From the IMG/VR virus record IMGVR_UViG_3300032241_002115, positions 1 through 58,543 of that record: a stretch of DNA of 58,543 bases; one strand, 5' to 3'. Each line of letters begins with the position of its first letter. Positions within the stretch are counted from its first letter, which is position 1. Under the pieces are notes generated by a model. That model searched no databases. It was given only the letters and a program-made list of their open reading frames with translations, and was not told where the DNA came from. Positions 26,332 to 35,772 of the stretch are shown one piece after another. Position numbers and translations under genes: made by a program. This DNA comes from a virus (Duplodnaviria > Caudoviricetes).

Positions 26332-28314
26332 ATGCCTAGAAAAACTTTTAACTCAAAGTATGCATCGGATGAGATACCCGGTGCTGGTGGTGATTACGGC
26401 ATCGGTGACCCTTATAGTATAGATGACTTATCTGATGAGATCAATGTACCAGGTCTGCCAACAATAAAAACAGATGGCAGTGATATTGATTTTTCTGATT
26501 TCAAAGGCCAAATAGTTGAGACCAACGATGAAGAGCTAATTAAAAAAAGAAACCGATACGTCAAAGACCCTGTTACTGGAGAGCCTGATCTAACTCGTCC
26601 TACAGGCAATGTCTTTTACAGATTAAAGTCAGATCTGCCTGCGATTAAAAAAAGGCCTGCAGAAAATATAGAAGGCATGCGGGCTGAATCTGCTCCTAGT
26701 ACTAGCATGTTGCTTAAGCAGATAACAGCAGCTATCGGAATGGTGCCAGCCCTAACGGAAAATTCTCACGAAGAATGTGGTGGTACAGGGCTGGTATACC
26801 CTGATGGCAGTGCAATACCTTGTTCCAATTGCCAAGCACGTGGTCATAATATAATAGACCCTACACTACTTGGTGGGCATGCAGAACTACAAGAGGCAAT
26901 AGGCAACCATAATGTAGACCTACAGAATCACAGATATTATTGTGATGCAAAAACATGCTTTAATGGCTGCCCAATAGAAAAATATGTTAGGCCTATCAGA
27001 GAAGCGCGCTCAAAAGCTAATAACACCATACACAGCTGGGATGTTAAACCTCAGTTGACAGGCACTAGCAAGAGTGAGTTTTCTGATTATCTAAAGAGAA
27101 AACTACCACATATTATCCTAGAGGACCTATGGTTGCCAACTCACCCCGGGCTAACAGCTCTTTCTGCTAGAAATAATCTTGAAGGAGCTGCCACTACAAA
27201 CGTTCGGCCTGGTGACATAGTAAACGTTCATGGTTATGATTATGATCCTGGTGCAATGATGCTGGTTACAGGCGTCAACTCAAGAGATGGATCTTTGAGA
27301 GGTTTCCAATCAACAATAGGTTATGAACAGAGCATGGCAGAAAGAGAGATGCGTAGGAGCCGTTCAAAGGCTAGCAATGGCCTGACATATGATCTTATTA
27401 ATGAAAGAGGATCAGACGGTCTTAGTTCTAAGATCGGTGATAGCACAGATATGTCTGAGCGTGATAGCATAGCAGACCTTAATGGCAGAAGGTTGATGCT
27501 CGCTGGCAAGCATATAACGGTTGCTCACCGACTGCCCACAGATCTTAAATTGGTTAGTGGCATTGATTCCAGTAGAGTATCCAAAACCAACGAGATGATA
27601 GCATCGCTACTGCAGCAACGTGGTAGTGTGCTCGGAAGGTACCTATTCGGTGACGTTACTGACAACCGTGGCCAAAGATTGCGAACAAGAACACTGCGTC
27701 CATTCGCTGATAGCACATATGCTAGCCCCATTACAGCTCTAAAAATGCACAGAGGAGCTAACCCATTCTCTGCACAGATGCTGTATGAATCTCTTGGAGC
27801 TATGCAGGACCATTCTGCAAGAAATGAGCTATACAGCTTCTTGGAAGAAGCAAACCGGGTTAACATGGTCAGCTCTGGCATTAATCGTGAACGCTTTGAT
27901 CCGTCAAACCCTCTCAACCTGTTGCCACCTAACATGCAGAGAGAAAGAATCTTTGTCCGTACAGAAGGCACTCCAAATGTTCCTGATATAGAGCAAGTAG
28001 CTAGAATACCAGATGATATCAGAACACAAGCACAGAAATTTAATATAGAAAAAACAATTGAATCTGGCCGTGATGTTACCGTTGAGCCACCAGAGAAAGA
28101 TGATATTGTTAAAAAGCTAACTGGCAATGGTGGTAAAGGGTTGCGCATGATGCTTGAGTCCAGAATCGGTAGAGAGCTGAACCTTGAATTACCCAATGAT
28201 AGTGAGCTTTTTGACAAAGCAATGATAGAATTCACTAATAAAAGAGATATCCGAGCAGCACATGCCGTGTTTGATCCTAGTATAGGCTCATTCGATCCTG
28301 AGGACTTAGAATAA
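26332..28314 (+). CDS. large protein with DnaJ-like Zn motif and FNSKYAS leader
   Basis: 660 aa; HEECGGTG...CSNCQARG. Confidence 0.8.
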   Translation: MPRKTFNSKYASDEIPGAGGDYGIGDPYSIDDLSDEINVPGLPTIKTDGSDIDFSDFKGQIVETNDEELIKKRNRYVKDPVTGEPDLTRPTGNVFYRLKSDLPAIKKRPAENIEGMRAESAPSTSMLLKQITAAIGMVPALTENSHEECGGTGLVYPDGSAIPCSNCQARGHNIIDPTLLGGHAELQEAIGNHNVDLQNHRYYCDAKTCFNGCPIEKYVRPIREARSKANNTIHSWDVKPQLTGTSKSEFSDYLKRKLPHIILEDLWLPTHPGLTALSARNNLEGAATTNVRPGDIVNVHGYDYDPGAMMLVTGVNSRDGSLRGFQSTIGYEQSMAEREMRRSRSKASNGLTYDLINERGSDGLSSKIGDSTDMSERDSIADLNGRRLMLAGKHITVAHRLPTDLKLVSGIDSSRVSKTNEMIASLLQQRGSVLGRYLFGDVTDNRGQRLRTRTLRPFADSTYASPITALKMHRGANPFSAQMLYESLGAMQDHSARNELYSFLEEANRVNMVSSGINRERFDPSNPLNLLPPNMQRERIFVRTEGTPNVPDIEQVARIPDDIRTQAQKFNIEKTIESGRDVTVEPPEKDDIVKKLTGNGGKGLRMMLESRIGRELNLELPNDSELFDKAMIEFTNKRDIRAAHAVFDPSIGSFDPEDLE

Positions 28315-28722
28315 ATGGACTCTCACTACACAGAAAGCCATGAGGCAGACCTGGACGAACCCATTTGCATGATGTGTGAGGGTGTCACAGGAGAGACTGA
28401 CATGCCCAGCATGCAAACAGTTAATCGTGGCAAGTTAATACCTGTGAGGCGCAGACCAGATAACGGACGGCCACAGTTTGTGCATGAAAAATGTCTACAG
28501 TTTGAACCAAGGGCTGCTAGCCAGGAAAATATCTGGGCATTCGCCAGCAAGTTTAAATACTACACTGCTGCATCCGGAACAGATGGTATGACACCCACTG
28601 TTCAAGAAACTTTCCCCAGTGTTGATATGCCACGAGAGGAACCAGCCACCACAACTGATGTAGAACAAAATCACTCTACTGATGGCGCTCCTCTACCACC
28701 CAAGCCTTTCTCAAGCAACTGA
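28315..28722 (+). CDS. small Zn-binding protein
   Basis: CMMC...HEKC. Confidence 0.65.
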   Translation: MDSHYTESHEADLDEPICMMCEGVTGETDMPSMQTVNRGKLIPVRRRPDNGRPQFVHEKCLQFEPRAASQENIWAFASKFKYYTAASGTDGMTPTVQETFPSVDMPREEPATTTDVEQNHSTDGAPLPPKPFSSN

Positions 28723-28725
28723 CAA

Positions 28726-28752
28726 TGTAATAACAGACTGTATATACAGTAG
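28726..28752 (+). promoter_or_regulatory. putative phage late promoter
   Basis: TGTAATA-N15-AGTAG. Confidence 0.5.
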
Positions 28753-28779
28753 TGTATGTACCTGATAGCAGGAGTAATT

Positions 28780-29358
28780 ATGGAACCTCGTTTGAACATT
28801 AAAATATCTCAGATCTTCGAAGCCGCAGAAGGTGACGAAGAGATGTATGCAGACCCCAACTTTATCCAGCCTGGTGAACAGTGGGTTGGAGACATGACAA
28901 GCTATACCAATGATGCTCCTAGAAACATCCAGGACGTTCTTGAAGAGCGTGCAGGCATCGGTGAGCACCTGGACCGAAACCCTCAGAACATGGGATTCAG
29001 TGGCACACCAAACCCCGCACAGGACCGTGCTCTCATGGTTCTGGAGCCAGAGGTTGCTGGAACTCCTGACCTCACTGAGATGAACATGCCAGTACAGCTG
29101 CAGCGTGCTGCCAACAAGATCAAGAAGCAGGCTGGTGGTTTCAATACTACTCAGGCTCACACTGATTTCACCATGGGTGTTGTAGCTCACATCAACACTG
29201 GCACTCTTGTTAACTCCAGAGTGGTTGTAGAGACTCCCAGCACAAAGGTTGCTGGCACCGTTCTAGCAGTTGGTGATAATGAGTTCGCAGTCATCTGGGA
29301 TGACCGTACTGCTAGCGTTGAGCGTAAGGCCGACTACGAACTGGTATTTGCCGAGTAA
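28780..29358 (+). CDS. hypothetical protein with C-terminal SH3-like beta domain
   Basis: AGGAG RBS; QRAA, KQAG; GTVLAVGDNEFAVIWDD. Confidence 0.7.
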   Translation: MEPRLNIKISQIFEAAEGDEEMYADPNFIQPGEQWVGDMTSYTNDAPRNIQDVLEERAGIGEHLDRNPQNMGFSGTPNPAQDRALMVLEPEVAGTPDLTEMNMPVQLQRAANKIKKQAGGFNTTQAHTDFTMGVVAHINTGTLVNSRVVVETPSTKVAGTVLAVGDNEFAVIWDDRTASVERKADYELVFAE

Positions 29359-29362
29359 AGAT

Positions 29363-29947
29363 ATGTTTAAAACACGCAGAACCAAGATCCTTTCAGCACC
29401 TGCTGAAGAGATCCTTGAGGTTGTTGCTCAAGAAATAATACAAGAACCAGAATTACAAACTGTATATAACATTGAGCAGCTATCAATAATAAAGCAGGAT
29501 GAAGCATCTGCTTATGGAATATTAATTGATACAGCTGACAATGAGTATGAATATGTTTGGGATAAAAGGTTAAAACGCATTACCAGCCTGTCTGGCCATC
29601 ACATCAACAGCCTGGTCTGGGAACTGTGCGATATTGTACTCAAGAAATACTGGGTCCGCCCAGAGCCAAAACCAACAGAAGTACCAGTTGAATTAAAAAT
29701 AGCAGAGGCATTAAAGGTAGCACTAGCACCAGTAATGGGTTCTATAAAATCTCTAGAAAACAAGATTAATAGTAAACCAGCACCTGTAATACAGCAGACT
29801 GCTCCAAGGCCACAGAGTGTTCAATCAGTACCTTCAAGCGATGTACCAGCTGTGAGTGTTGCAGATGATGATATCAGTGCTAATGCGATGAGGTTCTTGC
29901 AGCAGTCAAGCACACCGGATCTTGGCATAGATTATATGAGCCTATAG
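29363..29947 (+). CDS. hypothetical protein
   Basis: ATG 4 nt after the upstream stop. Confidence 0.65.
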   Translation: MFKTRRTKILSAPAEEILEVVAQEIIQEPELQTVYNIEQLSIIKQDEASAYGILIDTADNEYEYVWDKRLKRITSLSGHHINSLVWELCDIVLKKYWVRPEPKPTEVPVELKIAEALKVALAPVMGSIKSLENKINSKPAPVIQQTAPRPQSVQSVPSSDVPAVSVADDDISANAMRFLQQSSTPDLGIDYMSL

Positions 29948-29955
29948 GAGATAAC

Positions 29956-30684
29956 ATGAATTTTGCAGAGGGCAAAGGGCCAAAGCAGGTTAAGAAGCCA
30001 TATGTACTTGGCAACTTTCAAACTATCTATGCCAATGATGGTGTCCCAGGTGGAGCAGTAGCTTTTTCTGGTAGTGCTTATTCCGTTGTGCAGGGCGCAA
30101 ACACAGTTAGTGGTCAGACCTGGACTGGTGGAATAGTAGCCAGCGTTGTTCCTGGGCTAAACCTGAACGTTAATGGTAATGGCTCAACAGACGTAGGATT
30201 CGTATGCAGCCCAGGATCGAATGAGAGCATCCAAGACATACAATCTCCATGGGTATCTATTTCTTCTGACGTTAACTTCTCTGGCAATTGTAATGTATGG
30301 ATACAGGGAACATCTAACCGCTACCTCAATGGTACTGTATATTCTGGCAGCAACTGGATAACCATTACTGGAACTACAATAAGTGGAGCTAATGCGACTG
30401 CAACAATCACTACTAGCGGTGCAGCTCCTATATACAACGCTTATAGGCTTATCGCCAGTGGCTCCACTGCCAGTGGAATCATCAACTGGGCAATTGCAGG
30501 CATGTTCACAGACTTCAGCGCTATGGGTGTTGGTAATAATGCTAGCGACGCTAATGGCAACATTGGTCAGATGTCGATTCAAGGTCCTAGATACCTTACA
30601 ATTTCTGGTGGTGCTATAACATCAACCACCAATGGTTCAGTGCCATACGCTGCAACCAAAAATGACGTTGACTACTACGGCTAA
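29956..30684 (+). CDS. Ser/Gly/Thr-rich beta-structured virion surface protein
   Basis: AGGAG RBS; many SG/TG motifs. Confidence 0.65.
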   Translation: MNFAEGKGPKQVKKPYVLGNFQTIYANDGVPGGAVAFSGSAYSVVQGANTVSGQTWTGGIVASVVPGLNLNVNGNGSTDVGFVCSPGSNESIQDIQSPWVSISSDVNFSGNCNVWIQGTSNRYLNGTVYSGSNWITITGTTISGANATATITTSGAAPIYNAYRLIASGSTASGIINWAIAGMFTDFSAMGVGNNASDANGNIGQMSIQGPRYLTISGGAITSTTNGSVPYAATKNDVDYYG

Positions 30685-30695
30685 AGGATAATATT

Positions 30696-30887
30696 ATGGA
30701 AAGATCACAAAATATTAGAACAGCTAGCATTCGTCGTGTAGGCGCTAACTTTGATTTTAATGGTAATCCCATTGACCAGAACGATGGTGGCGGAGTTATC
30801 CGCTTTAGTAACAGCCTGGAGTTCTATTCATGTGGTCACCAAAAAGTTGGTGGTGGGATCGACTCCTGTAGCTGCACAACCTTCTAA
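30696..30887 (+). CDS. small Cys-containing protein
   Basis: AAGGA RBS; IRTAS motif. Confidence 0.6.
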   Translation: MERSQNIRTASIRRVGANFDFNGNPIDQNDGGGVIRFSNSLEFYSCGHQKVGGGIDSCSCTTF

Positions 30888-30896
30888 GGAAAATTA

Positions 30897-33257
30897 ATGC
30901 CATCCAAGGACTGGAGCGCCTCAGCGGAGCTTAACAACATGCGTAAAGCCGGTATTACTGGCTCTAGCAACCCTGTGCGCAACCGCCTTGAGACGCAAGA
31001 GCTACTACGAAATGTTCGTACCGGAGGATCTTTCGCAAGTGATGTTGCCAGAATGCCTACGGAAGGCCGTGAGCGACTCAATACAATGGGTGGCAGGGTT
31101 AACATGGAGGGCGGTGTTGCCCGTACTCTTGGCCGTACTGCTGCTGCCACTGGGAGTGATGCTCAGTGGGCCTGGCCCAAGCTTCATGACCCATTCGAGT
31201 ACTGGCGTGAGCGTACCTGGTGGTTCAACATGGAGGACCCCGACGAACAGACACGTAAAATCCGTGACTGGACTCGCCTGCTCTATACGACACACTATCT
31301 CGTACCAGGTCTTATTGATATCTACACACGGTTCCCACTCCTGGACATTGAGCTCGTACACCACGACAAGCGCATCAGTGACTTCTACAACGAGATGTTC
31401 TTTGATGGTCTAAACTATCAGGAGTTCCTCTTTGATCTAGGACGTGAGCACTGGACCGTGGGTGAAGTGTTTGCCATGGGCAGCTGGCACGATGGTATTG
31501 GTGCCTGGGAAGATGATGAAATCATCAATCCAAATGACGTTATCGTTGCAAAGAACCGAGCACTTCGTACCTATCAGTATCACGTAAAGGTTCCACAGGA
31601 GATCAAGAAGCTTATTGAATCTCGTGAACCCTCTCAGGAATACCAGATGCTCATGCAGATGTATCCTGATGTTGTCCAGTGGGCACGTCAGGACAAAGAG
31701 ATCCCTGTCAGTGACGTGATCATGAAGCAGATCAAGTTCAAGACTAACCCATGGAGCGAACATGGTACTCCTATGCTTTTACGTGCTTTTCGCATGCTTA
31801 TGCTTGAGGAGTCTCTCAACGCTGCTCAAGATGCAATTGCTGATCGTCTATATAGCCCTCTCATACTTGCTACTCTGGGTCTTCCTGACGTAGACCAGGA
31901 CGGGCCCTGGATCCCTGATGCTACTGAGCTTCAGGCTCTGAGAGATGACTTGAGTATGGCCATCAACTCGGACTTCCGACTGATGACCTACCACCACGGT
32001 CTACAGATCCAGAATGCCTTCGGGCGTGAGAGCATGCCACGACTGGATGCTGACTTCATGCGTGTTGAGAGCAAGATCATGCAGGTGTTCGGTATTGGTT
32101 CTGACCTGCTACAGGGTGGCCAGGGTGGCACCTATGCCAGTGGTGCTCTTAACCGTGAACTTATCACTCAGATGCTTAGCACCTATCAGCACAAGATTGA
32201 GAACTTTATCCGTAGTCGCATGGAGCCTGTTGCAGAACGTCAGGGTCACTATGAGATGCGTACAGTCAATGGTCGCACCTTGCCAATCATGGAAACAGTA
32301 CTCATGGTGGACGAAGAGACCGGTGCAGAATATGTAGAAGAGCGTCCCAAGCTGGCCATACCAGAAGTGCGCTTCCGCAGTATGAACCTGCGAGATGAGA
32401 GCGTAGAGCGAGGATTCCTGCAGAACCTGATGGCCTCAGGGTTCCCCATCAGCCTGGGCACTCTGGCAGTGAATATTCCTATTGACTTTGACGATGAGCT
32501 TGAGACTCGTCGTGAAGAAAAGGTCAAGACGGTTGTAGCGGAACAGCAGTTCAAGCGTGAGCTGTTCCAGCAACTGCTAGTTCAACAGCTGCCCATTCCA
32601 CCTGAATATATTCAGGAATACCAGGCCTATCTATCCATGCTCGAGAACCCTGCTCTTGCAATGCAGCTGGCACCTGGAGCTATTGCTGGCCTGGTAACAC
32701 CACCAGCTGCTCCAAACATGACAGGTGTTCCGGTCAAGAACAGTGATGCTGCACTTGGATCGCAGATCTTCCCCATGGTCAATCAGCAGGCACAACAGCA
32801 GAATCAAACGCAGCGTGGAACAGAACGCAAGCGTCCAGCTGAGTCGTATGACCAGAAGGAATCACAACCCAAGCCCAGCAAGAAGGGCCCAAAGAACGGG
32901 CCACAGCGCAACAAGAAAACAGCTGGCACCGATGAAGAGCTAACAACCAGCTTTGGTGATGGCAGCATCATCAATGAGCGTGTTGAATACGGTGGTCGTA
33001 TGAAGTTCGCTACACCGATAGAGAGCCGCAAGCGCAGAAAGATGAAGCTGGCCAGCGGTATCAAACTTAACGTTGATGACAGCTACGAAAAGTTTAATGA
33101 AGATGAATTTAAATTACACCTTGCAGCACTTATAGAAGCAAGTGAAGAACCCATGATTCCTGAGCCCACAGACCTGGACGAACACAGCAGTGGTGAAGGC
33201 GGAATGGATCAGCCAGCACGTCGACAGATTGATCCAACTAAAGGTGAAAAAATATGA
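30897..33257 (+). CDS. portal protein
   Basis: 786 aa upstream of protease/scaffold/capsid; helical core with IDIYTRFPL, WxxHGTPMLLRAF, AIADRLYSPL motifs recalled from Bxz1-like portals. Confidence 0.85.
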   Translation: MPSKDWSASAELNNMRKAGITGSSNPVRNRLETQELLRNVRTGGSFASDVARMPTEGRERLNTMGGRVNMEGGVARTLGRTAAATGSDAQWAWPKLHDPFEYWRERTWWFNMEDPDEQTRKIRDWTRLLYTTHYLVPGLIDIYTRFPLLDIELVHHDKRISDFYNEMFFDGLNYQEFLFDLGREHWTVGEVFAMGSWHDGIGAWEDDEIINPNDVIVAKNRALRTYQYHVKVPQEIKKLIESREPSQEYQMLMQMYPDVVQWARQDKEIPVSDVIMKQIKFKTNPWSEHGTPMLLRAFRMLMLEESLNAAQDAIADRLYSPLILATLGLPDVDQDGPWIPDATELQALRDDLSMAINSDFRLMTYHHGLQIQNAFGRESMPRLDADFMRVESKIMQVFGIGSDLLQGGQGGTYASGALNRELITQMLSTYQHKIENFIRSRMEPVAERQGHYEMRTVNGRTLPIMETVLMVDEETGAEYVEERPKLAIPEVRFRSMNLRDESVERGFLQNLMASGFPISLGTLAVNIPIDFDDELETRREEKVKTVVAEQQFKRELFQQLLVQQLPIPPEYIQEYQAYLSMLENPALAMQLAPGAIAGLVTPPAAPNMTGVPVKNSDAALGSQIFPMVNQQAQQQNQTQRGTERKRPAESYDQKESQPKPSKKGPKNGPQRNKKTAGTDEELTTSFGDGSIINERVEYGGRMKFATPIESRKRRKMKLASGIKLNVDDSYEKFNEDEFKLHLAALIEASEEPMIPEPTDLDEHSSGEGGMDQPARRQIDPTKGEKI

Positions 33258-33448
33258 GCAGATTATTTGATGATCGTTCGCCCAGCATTCTGCCCAAGGT
33301 ATCTTTCAACAAGAGCAGCTTTCTGGATATCGTTAGTCCACTGGTAAAGATAGATATTATCAAAGAGGGTGAAGGCCTCACGGCACGAAACGCTCACAAG
33401 CTGAACCTTGATAACAGTATCTATGACAAGCTAGAAGACGAGGACTGA
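33254..33448 (+). CDS. small hypothetical protein
   Basis: ATGA overlap with the portal. Confidence 0.6.
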   Translation: MSRLFDDRSPSILPKVSFNKSSFLDIVSPLVKIDIIKEGEGLTARNAHKLNLDNSIYDKLEDED

Positions 33449-33449
33449 C

Positions 33450-33827
33450 ATGACTGGCAGCTTCTTTAATAGTAGCAACGTTTGGTTTGGATACCTGGCC
33501 AACTTTTTCTTTGCCGCTGCAGGCTTTGGTGCTATAGCAAGATTTATTTATAAACTTGTCAACAAGCATCAGGACAAAAAGATGGATGACATCAAAACAG
33601 ATGTTGATGCTATTAAAGAAGAGCTAAAGAATAACTTTGAAGAGATGCTTGCTGAATGGAGGCCAAATAGCGGCAGCAGCAGCAAGGACCAGATGAACCG
33701 AATGGAAGCTGGTATCTCTGATCTTAAAAAAGGTCAGGATGTTATTCACGAGCGGATTGACAAAATCAAAGAAGATTTTGCAGAGCACAAGGGTTATCAC
33801 AGAGGACTATTAGATGGAGAAGCTTGA
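33450..33827 (+). CDS. single-TM coiled-coil membrane protein (holin-like)
   Basis: N-terminal TM; RPNSGSSSKDQMNRME motif typical of small actinophage membrane proteins. Confidence 0.6.
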   Translation: MTGSFFNSSNVWFGYLANFFFAAAGFGAIARFIYKLVNKHQDKKMDDIKTDVDAIKEELKNNFEEMLAEWRPNSGSSSKDQMNRMEAGISDLKKGQDVIHERIDKIKEDFAEHKGYHRGLLDGEA

Positions 33828-34219
33828 TGAGAGCCATCAAGAAGGTAAGCCACTGGGACTTTCATCCTAAAGTTCGCAGTGGAGACCAAAGAACGTTTGG
33901 AGAAAAAAGTGCTGATGTTATGCGTAGGAGCATGGGCAGTTGGCCTTTTGTCTTCGGTTTTTGTTGCTTTATGGCAGCTTGGATGTGGTACAACGCATCA
34001 TCAAGAAGTGCTTTTGATCCTTTTCCTTATATCCTGCTTAACCTCTGCCTTTCGACTCTGGCGGGTCTGCAGGGAGCTATTTTGCTCATAGCTGCCAAGC
34101 GTGCTGATCGCATCGCTGCTGAACTGGCAGAGTACCACTTGGAAGTCAGTGAAGAGCACAGGATCATGCTGGATGAGCTCACAGAGATGCTAGAGAAAAC
34201 AATAGTTAACACAAAATAA
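33827..34219 (+). CDS. DUF1003-family membrane protein
   Basis: MGSWPF...FDPFPYILLNLCLSTLAGLQGAILLIAAKRAD. Confidence 0.85.
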   Translation: MRAIKKVSHWDFHPKVRSGDQRTFGEKSADVMRRSMGSWPFVFGFCCFMAAWMWYNASSRSAFDPFPYILLNLCLSTLAGLQGAILLIAAKRADRIAAELAEYHLEVSEEHRIMLDELTEMLEKTIVNTK

Positions 34220-34231
34220 ATATTAAGATGA

Positions 34232-34258
34232 TGTAAAACGTAGTACTGGATAAACTAG
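34232..34258 (+). promoter_or_regulatory. putative phage late promoter (head operon)
   Basis: TGTAAAA-N15-ACTAG. Confidence 0.6.
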
Positions 34259-34267
34259 GCGTTGAAT

Positions 34268-34939
34268 ATGATAAAGTATAGCGCACCAACAGTTGGACTA
34301 ATGGGACGTAGCAGCCTGATGTCTTTGTCCACCCGCACACAGCCTATCGATATCTCTCCAGTCAATCTGGAGGACTTCCCCAACTTCAAACCGGAGAAGG
34401 GGTACGTTTATGCTGCTAGTCGTGCCATCAGCAGCCGTGTTAATGCCAACTACGATGGTTGGCCCGTAGACCAGATCAAGAAGAGTTACAAGACATTTGT
34501 TGGTCGCCCCATCTATGTAGAGCACAACAACAGCGACCCTGAACGAGCACGTGGTGTTATCCTGGATGCTATCTACAAAGAAGCCAAGCTGTCCAGTGGC
34601 GTTATTGATGCCAGTGTTTACTGTCTGATGGAAGTTGATGCAGAAACATTCCCCAAGCTGGCAGGCGCAATCATGTCTGGTAAATTAAAAGCTGTGAGCA
34701 TGGGCGCTGACGTAGAGGGTACCCAGTGCAGTGCTTGTGGTAAGTATGCCAGCAAGCCAAGCGAGTACTGTGTACACATCCCTCGCATGAAGGGTCGCAC
34801 AGTCACCGTTTACAAAGAGGGCAAGCGTAGTGAGAGCCTGGTGTTCGAGAGCTGCATTCGTCCTAACTTTTTCGAATTGAGTTTTGTATTCGATCCAGCC
34901 GATGAGAGTGCCTGGCTTACTGACAAGAGGCGTTACTAA
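34268..34939 (+). CDS. prohead (capsid maturation) serine protease
   Basis: NANYDGW, FVGRPIYVEH (His), AVSMG (Ser), CSACG Zn insert, FFELSFVFDPAD. Confidence 0.88.
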   Translation: MIKYSAPTVGLMGRSSLMSLSTRTQPIDISPVNLEDFPNFKPEKGYVYAASRAISSRVNANYDGWPVDQIKKSYKTFVGRPIYVEHNNSDPERARGVILDAIYKEAKLSSGVIDASVYCLMEVDAETFPKLAGAIMSGKLKAVSMGADVEGTQCSACGKYASKPSEYCVHIPRMKGRTVTVYKEGKRSESLVFESCIRPNFFELSFVFDPADESAWLTDKRRY

Positions 34940-35772
34940 TGCCAGAGTTAAAAGTCAGCGAACAGTTGCAGACCAAGCAGTCTTTCACCAAGCACATACT
35001 GCATGGATTGAGTGGTCTTTCTTTAACTACTGATACCTGCCCGAAGTGTGGCGTCAGTGGTTTCCGTGACGGAATATGCCCTAATGCTGCATGCCAGTTC
35101 CTTGATCCCAGGCTAGAAGCAGCATACGAAGCTTATGCTCAGGCAACCATGGTACAACAGCAGGCAATGCAAGACAGCAATAAAACTGGTGGGAAATATA
35201 ACAGCAGGATTGCCCTGCAACAGACTCCTGCTGTAATCATTGATCAATTCCCACAAAGTTCAGAAAAAATTGCACCTGAGAAATGTAATAGATGCAATGA
35301 AATGACTTTAGTAGATGGTAGCTGCAAAACACAAGGATGTATTGGTGAAAAACCGCCTGCGGAGTTCAGGACTCCCCAGGTAAGAGGAACAGGAATAGAT
35401 GTAGAAGCTCTGGGTATTGATCCTGAAAATATACCTATGAACATTCCTCAGAGCCTTATCGTTCAGTTTATCCGTAAACGCAATGAACGTAAAGAACGTA
35501 AGAACAATAAGCAAAATAAGGGAAAGCCTAGCAAGGCAAGAAGAAAAACAACAGCTACCATTAACAGAATAGCTGCAGCAGAGCAACAACCGAATATTGA
35601 TCCTGGAATGTTTTTAAGCAGCGGAATGACCGTATCAAAAGATCCAACAACACGTATTCATGATATGGAACTTACAAACGCTCAAATGCAAACACAAAAA
35701 AAGTTAGATTCTGCCATGGGAGGATCTGACGAGAGTAAAACTGATAACAATACTAGCGAGGAGCTAAAATGA
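34939..35772 (+). CDS. Zn-finger head-associated protein
   Basis: Two Cys4 clusters; YNSRIA, RKTTA, RIAA. Confidence 0.7.
   Translation: MPELKVSEQLQTKQSFTKHILHGLSGLSLTTDTCPKCGVSGFRDGICPNAACQFLDPRLEAAYEAYAQATMVQQQAMQDSNKTGGKYNSRIALQQTPAVIIDQFPQSSEKIAPEKCNRCNEMTLVDGSCKTQGCIGEKPPAEFRTPQVRGTGIDVEALGIDPENIPMNIPQSLIVQFIRKRNERKERKNNKQNKGKPSKARRKTTATINRIAAAEQQPNIDPGMFLSSGMTVSKDPTTRIHDMELTNAQMQTQKKLDSAMGGSDESKTDNNTSEELK

Noticed and set aside
21518-28314. Virion RNA polymerase or terminase subunits
   Set aside because: No DxDGD, Walker A/B or nuclease motifs were seen. The terminase is not in this window.
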